Below are positions 9,568 through 18,456 of a DNA stretch of 64,000 nt, piece after piece. Position 1 is the stretch's first letter, and every line of letters begins with the position of its first letter. A program made the translations under genes and the position numbers. Below the pieces are notes generated by a model. That model saw nothing but the letters and a program-made list of their open reading frames with translations. It was not told the origin of the DNA and did no database searches. Source of the stretch: a virus. Its lineage: Duplodnaviria; Heunggongvirae; Uroviricota; Caudoviricetes. The stretch spans positions 87,323 to 151,322 of the IMG/VR virus record IMGVR_UViG_650377940_000003; one strand, given 5' to 3'.

Positions 9568-9644
9568 GGGATAGTAGCTCAGTTGGTCAGAGCTGGCGGC
9601 TCATAACCGCTTGGTCGCGAGTTCAAATCTTGCCTGTCCCACCA
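9568..9644 (+). tRNA. tRNA-Met/Ile2/fMet type (anticodon CAT)
   Basis: Acceptor GGGATAG/CTGTCCC, D-loop TAGCTCAGTTGGTCAGAGC, anticodon loop CTCATAA, T-loop TTCAAAT, CCA. Confidence 0.75.
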
Positions 9645-9747
9645 GCCCGATAGGGCATACATAAAATCTGCTAGAACTTTTGTTTTATAAGCGAATGAAT
9701 AATATGACGTTAATACGTCTATTATTTTTCGCTTATTTTCGGAGTTT

Positions 9748-9768
9748 TAGCTATGTAACACAGGATAC
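9748..9768 (+). promoter_or_regulatory. phage conserved motif copy (TAGCTATGTAACACAGGATAC)
   Basis: Copy of TAWWYACAGGATAC 12 nt upstream of AAAGGAGG RBS of the methyltransferase gene. Confidence 0.6.
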
Positions 9769-9779
9769 TAAAAGGAGGA

Positions 9780-11256
9780 ATGAAAACTGAAGCATTACGG
9801 AGATATCACACAACTCCATGGATGGCAGATTGAACCGGTTTCCTGTATCACAGGAGGCAGTCCCTGCCAAGATCTGAGTCAAGCCGGTAAACGTGAAGGT
9901 TTGGCTGGTGAACGCTCTGGATTGTTCCTTGAAATGATTCGTGTGATTACAGAAATGAGGGAGGCCACTAATGGAGAATATCCAAAATTCGCAATCTGGG
10001 AAAATGTCAGAGGAGCTTTCAGCTCAAGCAAAGGTGAAGACTTCAGATGTGTGTTGGAAAGATTTGCACGCATTGTCGAGCCAGACGTTTCAATTCCTCG
10101 ACCTTCAGGAAAGAACGGAAAGTGGGCAAAATCTGGAGCGATTTCCGGTAATGGATGGTCTCTTGCATGGAGATTGTTCGACGCTAAATACTGGGGAGTC
10201 GCCCAGCGTCGCCAGAGAATCGCGCTTGTCATGGATTTTGGAGGACAACGTGCCTCAGAAATTCTATTTGAGCGCACGAGCATGTCAGGGGATTCTTGTG
10301 AGAGCATCCCGGCGTGGAAAACCTTTGCCCGAACTCCTGAAGCAAGCGTTGCTGGATATGATCGAATGGTGGAATCCAGGAACTCTGTCACAGGTGGTGC
10401 AGAAAGTGAAGGAACAAGAAGGTCTGGAAGAGAAGGAATTGGACGAGTATTGGAGTCAGACCATCGAGAGACTTCGACTCGATGCACAGAACCTGCAGCC
10501 TACACTCTAAAAATCCGTTCTGGATGTGAAGGTGGCGGTAAAGGCGCTCTTGTTCAAACTGAATTGAGCGCAACGATTTCTACGTTACAAGACCAGACGC
10601 TGATTTGCTTGGCAGAAAATCCCTCCTTACATAATTTAAAACAAAATATTTCGCCGGTGGTGTTTGAGAGCCACAGTCAGGACGCTCGATACACTCAGCA
10701 GAGTGATACAAGTCCGACTTGTACTGCTCAGTGGGGAACTGGTGGCAATAATATGCCACTGGTCATTGAGAAGAAAGCCTTTGCGATGCAACGCATTGGT
10801 GAATACAAGGAAAGTGAACAGGCTAGTACGATGAAATCTCGTGACTACAAGGACGCTACTGACCTGATTACAGAGAAAGAAACGAAGAATCTACGATGGA
10901 TTGTTCGCCGTTTGACTCCTTTGGAGGATGAACGGCTTCAGGGGTTCCCTGATGGATGGACAGATATCGGTGACTGGATTGATGAGAACGAAAAGAAGCA
11001 TAAAACTTCTGACGCAGTTCGTTATAAGGCACTCGGCAATTCAATCGCATTACCGCAATGGTATTGGATTTTTCAGAAGATGAAATCGTATATCGGTGAG
11101 AATCCTACTCTTGGTAGCCTCTTCGATGGGATCGGCGGCTTTCCGCTAGTATTTCAAAGCACATATGGTGAAGGTACTGCCATTTGGGGGTCAGAAATTG
11201 ATAGCTTTTGCGTTGCAGTAACTAAGAAGCATTTTCCAGAAAAGCAAAGAGGATAA
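9780..11256 (+). CDS. C5 cytosine DNA methyltransferase, circularly permuted (motif order III/IV-VI-VIII-TRD-IX-X-I-II); ATG at 9780 is 1 nt out of frame (A4 run 9783-9786)
   Basis: Frame +1 from 9784: KLKHYGDITQL...GGSPCQDLSQAG (IV), ENVRGA (VI), QRRQRIALV (VIII), RRLTPLEDERLQGFPDGW (IX), KALGNSIALP (X), then LFDGIGGF (I) and SEID (II) before stop at 11256; RBS AAAGGAGGA precedes ATG 9780; deleting one A gives M-KLKHYGDITQL. Confidence 0.6.
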
Positions 11257-11578
11257 AAATGGGAGCTTTTATTGCAAGACAGCCTAACGGTTTGCTGTGT
11301 CGGTTTTCTTCGGTGGTCGATTGTGTCACCGATTACAACATGACCGAAGAAGAATATATCGAGATGTGTGCTGAAAAGGCACGAAAAGAAGCACGAGATG
11401 TTCTTGACCATTATATTAAGCCGTTTGAAATGGTTGACAGGTGTTTCTTCCCGAACAACATGACAATCGAAGAACACAAGCGGATTATGAAGGAAATGGA
11501 AAAGCCCGTTGACAAAGCAACTCATATTCCGTAATAAGAAAATCTCATAAAAGGCCAATTCAAACAAGAGGTGACACG

Positions 11579-11809
11579 ATGAATACCAAAATTCCTATCA
11601 ATGTAACCATTGATTCCGGTTCCTTGAGTCTTCCGGCGAGTCCAATTTTCCAGAAGGAAAAGAGCACATATCTCTGTCCGTTCTGTGTGACGAAGCTGGA
11701 GAAGCTTGAACCGAAATGTCCAGAGTGTCAACATAAAATGGATTGGGGTGTATGGATGGATAAGAATGCAAAGCACAATTATGCATTTGCTGAAAGTGGT
11801 GTGTTATGA
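11579..11809 (+). CDS. zinc-ribbon protein
   Basis: CPFC...CPEC pairs; RBS. Confidence 0.3.
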   Translation: MNTKIPINVTIDSGSLSLPASPIFQKEKSTYLCPFCVTKLEKLEPKCPECQHKMDWGVWMDKNAKHNYAFAESGVL

Positions 11810-12174
11810 AAGATTGGATGCACGCAAAGAAAAAAGAGATTGAGAACATGACTTTTGACCAAGCAAAGGAAATTGTAGAGAAACAAATTCGTCTTGGTAA
11901 AGAAGGCGGGCAATGGTGTCCTCGTGAGCATTTAACAAAGGCTCTCGAAATTATTCTTTCAAAAGCTGAACTTTATGAGTTTAGAACAGATTACAAAGAG
12001 CCTCTTCACGATGACGTTTATAAACGTTATGAGTGCCCGGTTTGTTATTACACACTATCAAATCTTGATAACTTCTGTCCACGTTGCGGACAATTACTTG
12101 ATTGGCGATTTGTAAGGCATTGGGAAAGAACGATTCGTCCCACGCTTGAAAGACTGCAGAATGGGGAGGTGTAG
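11806..12174 (+). CDS. zinc-ribbon protein
   Basis: CPVCYY...CPRCG; start overlaps previous stop. Confidence 0.3.
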   Translation: MKDWMHAKKKEIENMTFDQAKEIVEKQIRLGKEGGQWCPREHLTKALEIILSKAELYEFRTDYKEPLHDDVYKRYECPVCYYTLSNLDNFCPRCGQLLDWRFVRHWERTIRPTLERLQNGEV

Positions 12175-12473
12175 GGTTGAATATAGATTTCTTCCAACGG
12201 CGTAAGACTCAGCTTGAAGATGCACTTCTTTTGAAAAATCAGGCGGTCGATATGCTTGATTATCTAAAAACGCACTGCGTCAACAATGACCAGTATTGTG
12301 CAATTCGAGATTACATTGAAGAAGCTGCGAAGATTCTGGAGAGTGACCTCGAATACGCAAACAACAAGCTGCAGTCAGCATTCAGACCTAAGTATGGTCG
12401 GAACAGTAGACTGACTCGTGCTCAATCTAAGATGTTCCGTGATAGAGAGTATTAAAAATGGGGTGATGCCGCT

Positions 12474-12686
12474 ATGAACACATGTAAGAAAATATGTAAC
12501 TGGTGTGGTCGTGAAATCAAGCCGATAGGTAGCGAGCAGGGAATCAGTTTTGAGCATCAATACTCTTATGGTAGTCAACTTGATGGTTCGTTTTTGAGTT
12601 TTGATTTGTGTCCTGAGTGTTCAGAACGGCTCCCAATAGTGCTCGGCGCAATGTTTGTACATAATCCATTAAAGGACGATTTCTAA
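12474..12686 (+). CDS. zinc-ribbon protein
   Basis: CNWCG...CPECS. Confidence 0.3.
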   Translation: MNTCKKICNWCGREIKPIGSEQGISFEHQYSYGSQLDGSFLSFDLCPECSERLPIVLGAMFVHNPLKDDF

Positions 12687-12831
12687 CGGCGAGTGCCGTA
12701 TGAAATATAAGCCATCAATAAACCAGACGGAGGATAACATATAGAATGAATAGTGCATGAATTGATTTAAGACGATAACAGAAAACATAAGTGATTATCA
12801 ATGAAACAAAATTACATAAAGGAGACTTGAT

Positions 12832-13935
12832 ATGGCAGATAGAATTTTTAATCTTCCTCAGACCCGTGGTTCTTTTGAGATGGCTGGTAAGGTCACCGGC
12901 ACCCAGCGTAGTAACTTCTATAACGAGAAGGAGACTAAGAGTGGTGCTATGCGCCGTGTCCTGAGCTTTGGCGTTCAGACTTCCAATGAAAACACTTTCT
13001 ATGTTGATCTGGCTGGTATGCCTCGTGATAAGGTTTACTTCTTCCGCCGTGCCGATAAGGACAAGGGCATCGAGAAGGATAAGAAGGAAGTCGCTTGGAA
13101 GGATCGTCTGACTTATGTTGCACCGGAAGGCTATGATATGATTGGCGTTAAGGTCGGTGTTACCAAGAAGACGAATGAGTCTGGTAAGGTTATCAATGAT
13201 AACAAGACTCTGACTGATTTCGATGCAGCCAAGGAGATCTCTGAGAACCTGCATGACGGTGATAACGTGTATGTCCGTGGTAACATCGAGTACAGCACTT
13301 ACAACGGCAAGCACCAGATTCGTTTTGTTCCTACTCAGGTTTCTCTGAGTTCTAAGGAAATCGACTTCGATGCAGAGGGTTTTGAAGAGCTGGCTCTGTT
13401 TACCCAGACCATTGTTTACACTGGTTGCCGCAAGAGTGATGAGGGCGATGAAGTAGTTGTCGATGCAAAGATCGTGAATTACAACACTATTGAGGATGCA
13501 GAGTTCTTCATTGACTATAAGGCAAACACTCAGAATAAGGTTCTGGCCGATTCTATTCGTAAGCGTTTGAAGCCTTATACTAGTTTCGAGTGTTTTGGTC
13601 CCATCGTTAATCAGCAGAAGGTTGAGGAAGTTGAGACTGAGAATATCTGGGGTGGTCCTAACAAGATGAAGCGTCAGAGCACTCCGGCAGTTCGTAAGCT
13701 GTATATCGAGGGTGTTAATCCTGATTCCTTTGATCCGAATCCCGGCGATAAGGATGCAGAGCCTACCTATACTGAGGACAATATCTCCGAGGCACGGGCA
13801 AAGATTGCTGCCAACGCTCAGGCTAAGAAGGACTTCGATGGCAAGGCAGCTGAGAACGATACTTCTTGGTGGGGTGGTTCTAACAAGTCCACTGCGACTC
13901 CTGCTGATGAGGAAGAGGATGACTGGGGAGTGTAA
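12832..13935 (+). CDS. putative single-stranded DNA-binding protein (acidic aromatic C-terminal tail)
   Basis: C-terminal ...DEEEDDWGV tail resembling SSB/T7 gp2.5 tails; host-like optimal codons; adjacent to Sak4-like ATPase as in phage recombination modules. Confidence 0.35.
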   Translation: MADRIFNLPQTRGSFEMAGKVTGTQRSNFYNEKETKSGAMRRVLSFGVQTSNENTFYVDLAGMPRDKVYFFRRADKDKGIEKDKKEVAWKDRLTYVAPEGYDMIGVKVGVTKKTNESGKVINDNKTLTDFDAAKEISENLHDGDNVYVRGNIEYSTYNGKHQIRFVPTQVSLSSKEIDFDAEGFEELALFTQTIVYTGCRKSDEGDEVVVDAKIVNYNTIEDAEFFIDYKANTQNKVLADSIRKRLKPYTSFECFGPIVNQQKVEEVETENIWGGPNKMKRQSTPAVRKLYIEGVNPDSFDPNPGDKDAEPTYTEDNISEARAKIAANAQAKKDFDGKAAENDTSWWGGSNKSTATPADEEEDDWGV

Positions 13936-13945
13936 TTTTTAGTCT

Positions 13946-13966
13946 TAGCTAAGTAACACAGGATAC
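13946..13966 (+). promoter_or_regulatory. phage conserved motif copy (TAGCTAAGTAACACAGGATAC)
   Basis: Copy of the motif in the intergenic region before the Sak4-like gene, followed by TATCGTA/TACGATA inverted repeat. Confidence 0.55.
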
Positions 13967-14056
13967 TTATAAAAGAAAAGTTTTATCGTATTTACGTCAA
14001 AATAAATATCGTAGGTACGATAAATAATTTTGATAAAAACGGAGGAATTTACATAT

Positions 14057-15193
14057 ATGGCTATGATTCGTAAGGCAAATGCCATTCGCAAGAAAATTAA
14101 GATTCTTGTCTATGGCGAACAGGGTACTGGGAAATCTCGTCTGGCTATGCAGATGTGTTATTTGAAGAATGCAGATGGCCGTCCATTTCGTGTTTTATAT
14201 ATTGATACCGAGAATGGCTCTGTTGACAATTACACAGAGGAACTTGAGGCAAACGGTGTTAATCCTGAAAACCTGCTTGTTGTATATACGCAGTCTCTCG
14301 CAGAGGTACAGGATTTCATTAAGACTGTTGCTGACGATGAAGACTTTGAGTATTCGGATGGAAGTGTAATTCTCGATGCGGATGGTAATCCATTCCGTGC
14401 TGATGCGATTGTTGTTGATTCTACGTATATTTTGACCCTTACTTGCAAGCAGGGGCTTTCGGAATTCTCGAAAAAGCGTGCAAAAGTAAAAGCAAACGCA
14501 CAAGGTTTGACTGGCGATGAAAAGGCAGTCAAGATTGAGGGCGCTGGTATGGAGCTGAAGGATTACCAGCAGTTGAATTTCAAGGGGCAGTCTTTGATTC
14601 TGGATCTGAATGCAACTGGTGTTCATTATGTTGTTGTCTGCCGCGAAAAGGACGAGACTGAAAACAAGATTGTGAATGGTTCTTCTGTCAGCGTATCGAC
14701 TGGTCGAAAGATTCCTGATGGATTTAAAGGTCAGGGTCATAATGTTGATACTGAAATTCGTCTGTACAAACAGAACGGTGCACATCTTGCTTATTTCGTT
14801 AAAGACAGATCTGATGTGCATCGAGACGAAGAAATTGTTGAAGATCTTACCTTGCTGGAATACCAAAACCTTATCTCTAATAGTGCAAAGAATAAGGATT
14901 TCGTTATTAAAAACGGACTGAGCGATGCAGTCAAGACTGAAATCAAGCTGAATATGCGTGACCTTGGTCTTGATGAGAATGAAATTGAAGAATCTTCTGA
15001 TGTAAAGAAAGAACTTTCGCTTGATGAGCTAAAGGCCAATCTAATCAAGATGTTGTCTGATGCATCTCCGATTAAGAAAAACGCAGCAAAGAATGCGGTT
15101 GAGGAAGCTGGCCTGTCTACTCGATTCCGTTCCATGACTGATATCGAGGAACTGAAGAAGGTTGCCGCAATCATGGAGAAGGAACTGGCTTAA
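14057..15193 (+). CDS. P-loop ATPase, RecA-superfamily (Sak4/AAA_24-like recombination protein) with acidic C-terminal extension
   Basis: Walker A ILVYGEQGTGKSRLA; synteny with SSB-like gene. Confidence 0.45.
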   Translation: MAMIRKANAIRKKIKILVYGEQGTGKSRLAMQMCYLKNADGRPFRVLYIDTENGSVDNYTEELEANGVNPENLLVVYTQSLAEVQDFIKTVADDEDFEYSDGSVILDADGNPFRADAIVVDSTYILTLTCKQGLSEFSKKRAKVKANAQGLTGDEKAVKIEGAGMELKDYQQLNFKGQSLILDLNATGVHYVVVCREKDETENKIVNGSSVSVSTGRKIPDGFKGQGHNVDTEIRLYKQNGAHLAYFVKDRSDVHRDEEIVEDLTLLEYQNLISNSAKNKDFVIKNGLSDAVKTEIKLNMRDLGLDENEIEESSDVKKELSLDELKANLIKMLSDASPIKKNAAKNAVEEAGLSTRFRSMTDIEELKKVAAIMEKELA

Positions 15194-15885
15194 TGGAATT
15201 AACCCGTAAATGCAAGATTTGCGGGAAGAACATTTTCATCGAGCGAGACCGTAGCACGTTTTTCTACGACAAGACTGGCTTTTACCATAAGGATTGTTTT
15301 GTAGAAAAAAAGAAAAATCAAAAACGCCCTTGGACAGATGACCTGCTAAGGGCATTTTTTGACAAAGTGAATGACACTACGGATAAAAAGGTCGATGATC
15401 TTCTTTCCAAAAAGAGAGAGCAAGACCACAATCGTGAGCTTGCACATATCAAACAGGAAGAGAAAAAGATTCTTTTCGACCATATTCGAGATATATACGC
15501 CCCGGCGGTTGTTCCTGGCAGCTTTTACTCGAAACTTACGCAGTTAATTTCCGGTAATTATTACAAATATAGAGGTTCTATTCCTCCGCTAGAACTTTAC
15601 GATATGTGGGTTTTAGCGAAACCCCGACTAGATAAGATAATTGCCGAGAAAGAAGCAAAGGGTTGCGATATGAGCCAGCGATGGAATTACGACTTGGCTG
15701 TTTTATTGGCTCAATATCCTAGTTATCTCGAACGAAAAGAAAGACTTGCTTCGATTCGCAGTGAAAGCGAAGACAAAACGAAGGAAAATCTGACTGAAAC
15801 GGTACTGAAACGGATGAAAACAGCACCGAAACAGAGTAAAAACGAGAATGAAATTGATATAAGTGCAATTCTCGATGAGATATAA
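15193..15885 (+). CDS. hypothetical protein with N-terminal C4 zinc finger
   Basis: CKICGK...HKDC; start overlaps previous stop. Confidence 0.3.
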   Translation: MELTRKCKICGKNIFIERDRSTFFYDKTGFYHKDCFVEKKKNQKRPWTDDLLRAFFDKVNDTTDKKVDDLLSKKREQDHNRELAHIKQEEKKILFDHIRDIYAPAVVPGSFYSKLTQLISGNYYKYRGSIPPLELYDMWVLAKPRLDKIIAEKEAKGCDMSQRWNYDLAVLLAQYPSYLERKERLASIRSESEDKTKENLTETVLKRMKTAPKQSKNENEIDISAILDEI

Positions 15886-15900
15886 AAGGGAGGTGGATGA

Positions 15901-17424
15901 GTGGAGCTCATTTCAAATATCCCGAACGAAATTCTATTTGTTGGCGCAATTTACAAGCATCCTGACTATTTAGTCGAGTATGGGCATTATGTCAAGAGCA
16001 AGTACGATTTTGCCGATGAAGCAACAAAATTTTTCTACGATGCAGCGTTGATTATTTACGAAACTCGGACTCAAGAATTTAATAAAACGTCTGTTTTAAC
16101 GTTTATGGCTGAAGACGAGTCCAGATTGTCCCAATATAAGCGGCTGAAGGGCTGGTCAACCATTGAATACTACATGAGTCTTGCGAATGACGATGATATC
16201 AAGGGATATTTCAATATCCTGAAGAAATATTCGCTACTTCGTGAGTATCAGCGTAATGGGTTCAATATTGAAGGAATCTTGAAGCACCGGCAGTTTGAAA
16301 TGTTTGGTGCTCAGGACATTTATAAACTGATTCGTGGCAAGGCCGACAAGATCAATACGGTTATCATTACAAACGATGATGCTGAGATTTTGAATAACGG
16401 TCTGCTGCCGATGGTTAATGAACGTTTGAGTGTTCCTGATATGGGCTTGCCGTTCCAGTATCCTATCATGAACGATTTGTTCCGAGGATTGAAGCTGGGC
16501 ACCGTGATGTTCAATGGTATGCCATCTAATGCTGGTAAGACTAGATACATGATGGCGATTGTTGCATACGTCACATTGGTTCAAAAGCAAAAAGCACTCC
16601 TGCTGCTGAACGAGATGGATCTTGAGTCAGTCCGATATTGCTTACTGGTCACCGCCATCAATAATCCTGAGTTTCAAGAGTTGCATGGTCATCGTTTCCA
16701 TAAGGACGAGCGAGAAATTACCCTTGGAATGTACCGGGATGCAAACGGAAACTTCATCTTCCGAAAGCAAAACGAAGATGGAGAATACATAGAAAGCATT
16801 GATGAGTTTACCGCTCGTGTCTACGAAGAAAGCGAAGAGTACCGCAATGTGCTTGATGTTTGCCAGTGGATTGAGAACGAATCACAAGGCTTGATTATAG
16901 CAAAAGATGTTTCTGCTGATTATAGTGACAAATCCCTGCGATTTGAAATCCAGAAGGCAGCTCTCACGCAGGGAGTTAAGTATGTGTTCTACGATACTCT
17001 AAAGAACGACATTGCATCTATTGGTGAATGGGCAGCGTTTAAAGTCACAGCCACAGAGCTTGAAGAGATTGCGAAAAATCTGAAGATCTTTATCTATGGT
17101 AGTATCCAGTTGGCCGAAAACGCTCATGAGTATCTTCCTGATGAGCTGAATTCAAACAACATTGCTGAGTCAAAAATGATTAAGCATGTTGCTTGGACGA
17201 TGGTTCTGTTCAAGGAGATTCCAAAAGATAAGTTCGCGAAGTATCAATACATCTCTCATGACCCTGAGTGGGGCGGTGACTGTGCCCATCGGCTAAATCC
17301 AGATAAGCGGTATTACGTTGGAAACATCGATAAGAACCGCTTTGGTGAGAAAAAGAAAATCATGTTTGAAGTGAATTTGAATCAGAATATTTGGAGAGAG
17401 GTCGGTGTCTGCACCAGAAAGTAA
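15901..17424 (+). CDS. replicative DNA helicase (DnaB-like)
   Basis: GMPSNAGKTRYMMAI Walker A and NEMDLESVRYCLL (DnaB SLEMS...R region); GTG start with AAGGGAGGTGG RBS. Confidence 0.55.
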   Translation: MELISNIPNEILFVGAIYKHPDYLVEYGHYVKSKYDFADEATKFFYDAALIIYETRTQEFNKTSVLTFMAEDESRLSQYKRLKGWSTIEYYMSLANDDDIKGYFNILKKYSLLREYQRNGFNIEGILKHRQFEMFGAQDIYKLIRGKADKINTVIITNDDAEILNNGLLPMVNERLSVPDMGLPFQYPIMNDLFRGLKLGTVMFNGMPSNAGKTRYMMAIVAYVTLVQKQKALLLLNEMDLESVRYCLLVTAINNPEFQELHGHRFHKDEREITLGMYRDANGNFIFRKQNEDGEYIESIDEFTARVYEESEEYRNVLDVCQWIENESQGLIIAKDVSADYSDKSLRFEIQKAALTQGVKYVFYDTLKNDIASIGEWAAFKVTATELEEIAKNLKIFIYGSIQLAENAHEYLPDELNSNNIAESKMIKHVAWTMVLFKEIPKDKFAKYQYISHDPEWGGDCAHRLNPDKRYYVGNIDKNRFGEKKKIMFEVNLNQNIWREVGVCTRK

Positions 17425-17433
17425 GGAACTACA

Positions 17434-18456
17434 ATGGTAAATATCGCAGATCTGAAAAATTACATTCTTGAAGAACAGCAGATTGAACCGATTCTGGAGG
17501 AACTTGGTTGTCATCATATCAGTCACAAGACTGGTTATTACCAGTGTGCAAATCCAGATGGTGACAATAGAACGGCACTCTGTATCTACGAGAATGAAAA
17601 TCTTACTGCGGTAGATTACACACGAGATATTGCCAATGGAAAGACCAGTTATGATTTGATTTCTGTCGTCCAGTTCTTTCTGGAACTGTCTTTCCCAAAA
17701 GCTATTAAGCAAATCTGCGAATGGGTTGGACTTGACTACTATCACAACTTCGAGGAAGACCTTCCTAAAAGTATGTTGATTCTAAAAGAACTCATCGCCA
17801 TGCAAAGTGAAGGTGAAGAACACGAGGATGACCGTCCGATAGTCCCAATCTCCGAAGCCATCCTCGGTTATTACAAACCTTATGTAAACCAGATTTTTGC
17901 TGACGATGGGATATCTTATGAGACGCAGCAGGAGTTTGAGATTGGCTTTGATGAACTGACAAATAGAATCACGATTCCAATCAGAGATGAAATTGGTACT
18001 CTGGTTGGTGTAAAGGGAAGATATTTTGGTAAGCCGCCTGAAGGTGAATTAAAGTATCTATATCTTGAGCCGTGTGCCAGAAACCGTATTCTGTATGGCC
18101 TGTATAAGACAGAGCCGTACATTAAGAATGAAGGTCTGGTATATGTTGGTGAAGCTGAAAAGTCTGTCATGCAGATGTGGAACATGGATGTCTACAACTG
18201 TGTGGCGACTGGCGGTAAGAAGGTTTCACAGAATCAAATTGAAATTTTAACACGTCTTTGCGTTGATATTTGTTTTGTATTTGATAAAGACGTTCAGCTT
18301 AGTGAGCTTATGGTTCTCGCTAATCGATTTGTCGATGGCGTAAGTGTGTATGCTGTAGTAGATGATAAAGGGATTCTGGATGAAAAGGAAGCCCCGACTG
18401 ATAATCCTGAAAAATTTAAGGCATTGATTGAAAACTGTGTTAGGAGAATTAAATGA
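17434..18456 (+). CDS. DNA primase (DnaG-like zinc-binding + TOPRIM)
   Basis: CHH...C zinc-binding region; TOPRIM EGLVYVGEAEKSVMQMW...VATGG and VFDKD. Confidence 0.6.
   Translation: MVNIADLKNYILEEQQIEPILEELGCHHISHKTGYYQCANPDGDNRTALCIYENENLTAVDYTRDIANGKTSYDLISVVQFFLELSFPKAIKQICEWVGLDYYHNFEEDLPKSMLILKELIAMQSEGEEHEDDRPIVPISEAILGYYKPYVNQIFADDGISYETQQEFEIGFDELTNRITIPIRDEIGTLVGVKGRYFGKPPEGELKYLYLEPCARNRILYGLYKTEPYIKNEGLVYVGEAEKSVMQMWNMDVYNCVATGGKKVSQNQIEILTRLCVDICFVFDKDVQLSELMVLANRFVDGVSVYAVVDDKGILDEKEAPTDNPEKFKALIENCVRRIK

Noticed and set aside
9971-10510. Alternative-frame 179-aa ORF inside the MTase gene
   Set aside because: Overlaps the frame that carries consecutive MTase motifs. No independent support.
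9784-11256. Interpretation that the methyltransferase is a 5'-truncated remnant created by insertion of the tRNA cluster
   Set aside because: Motifs I and II are present in-frame at the 3' end of the same ORF and the joint reproduces the canonical II-III junction. The gene also has its own promoter motif, RBS and ATG. A permuted intact gene (with a 1-nt homopolymer error) explains the data better.
14195-15174. Minus-strand ORFs within the Sak4-like gene
   Set aside because: No motifs or RBS. Overlap a supported plus-strand gene.
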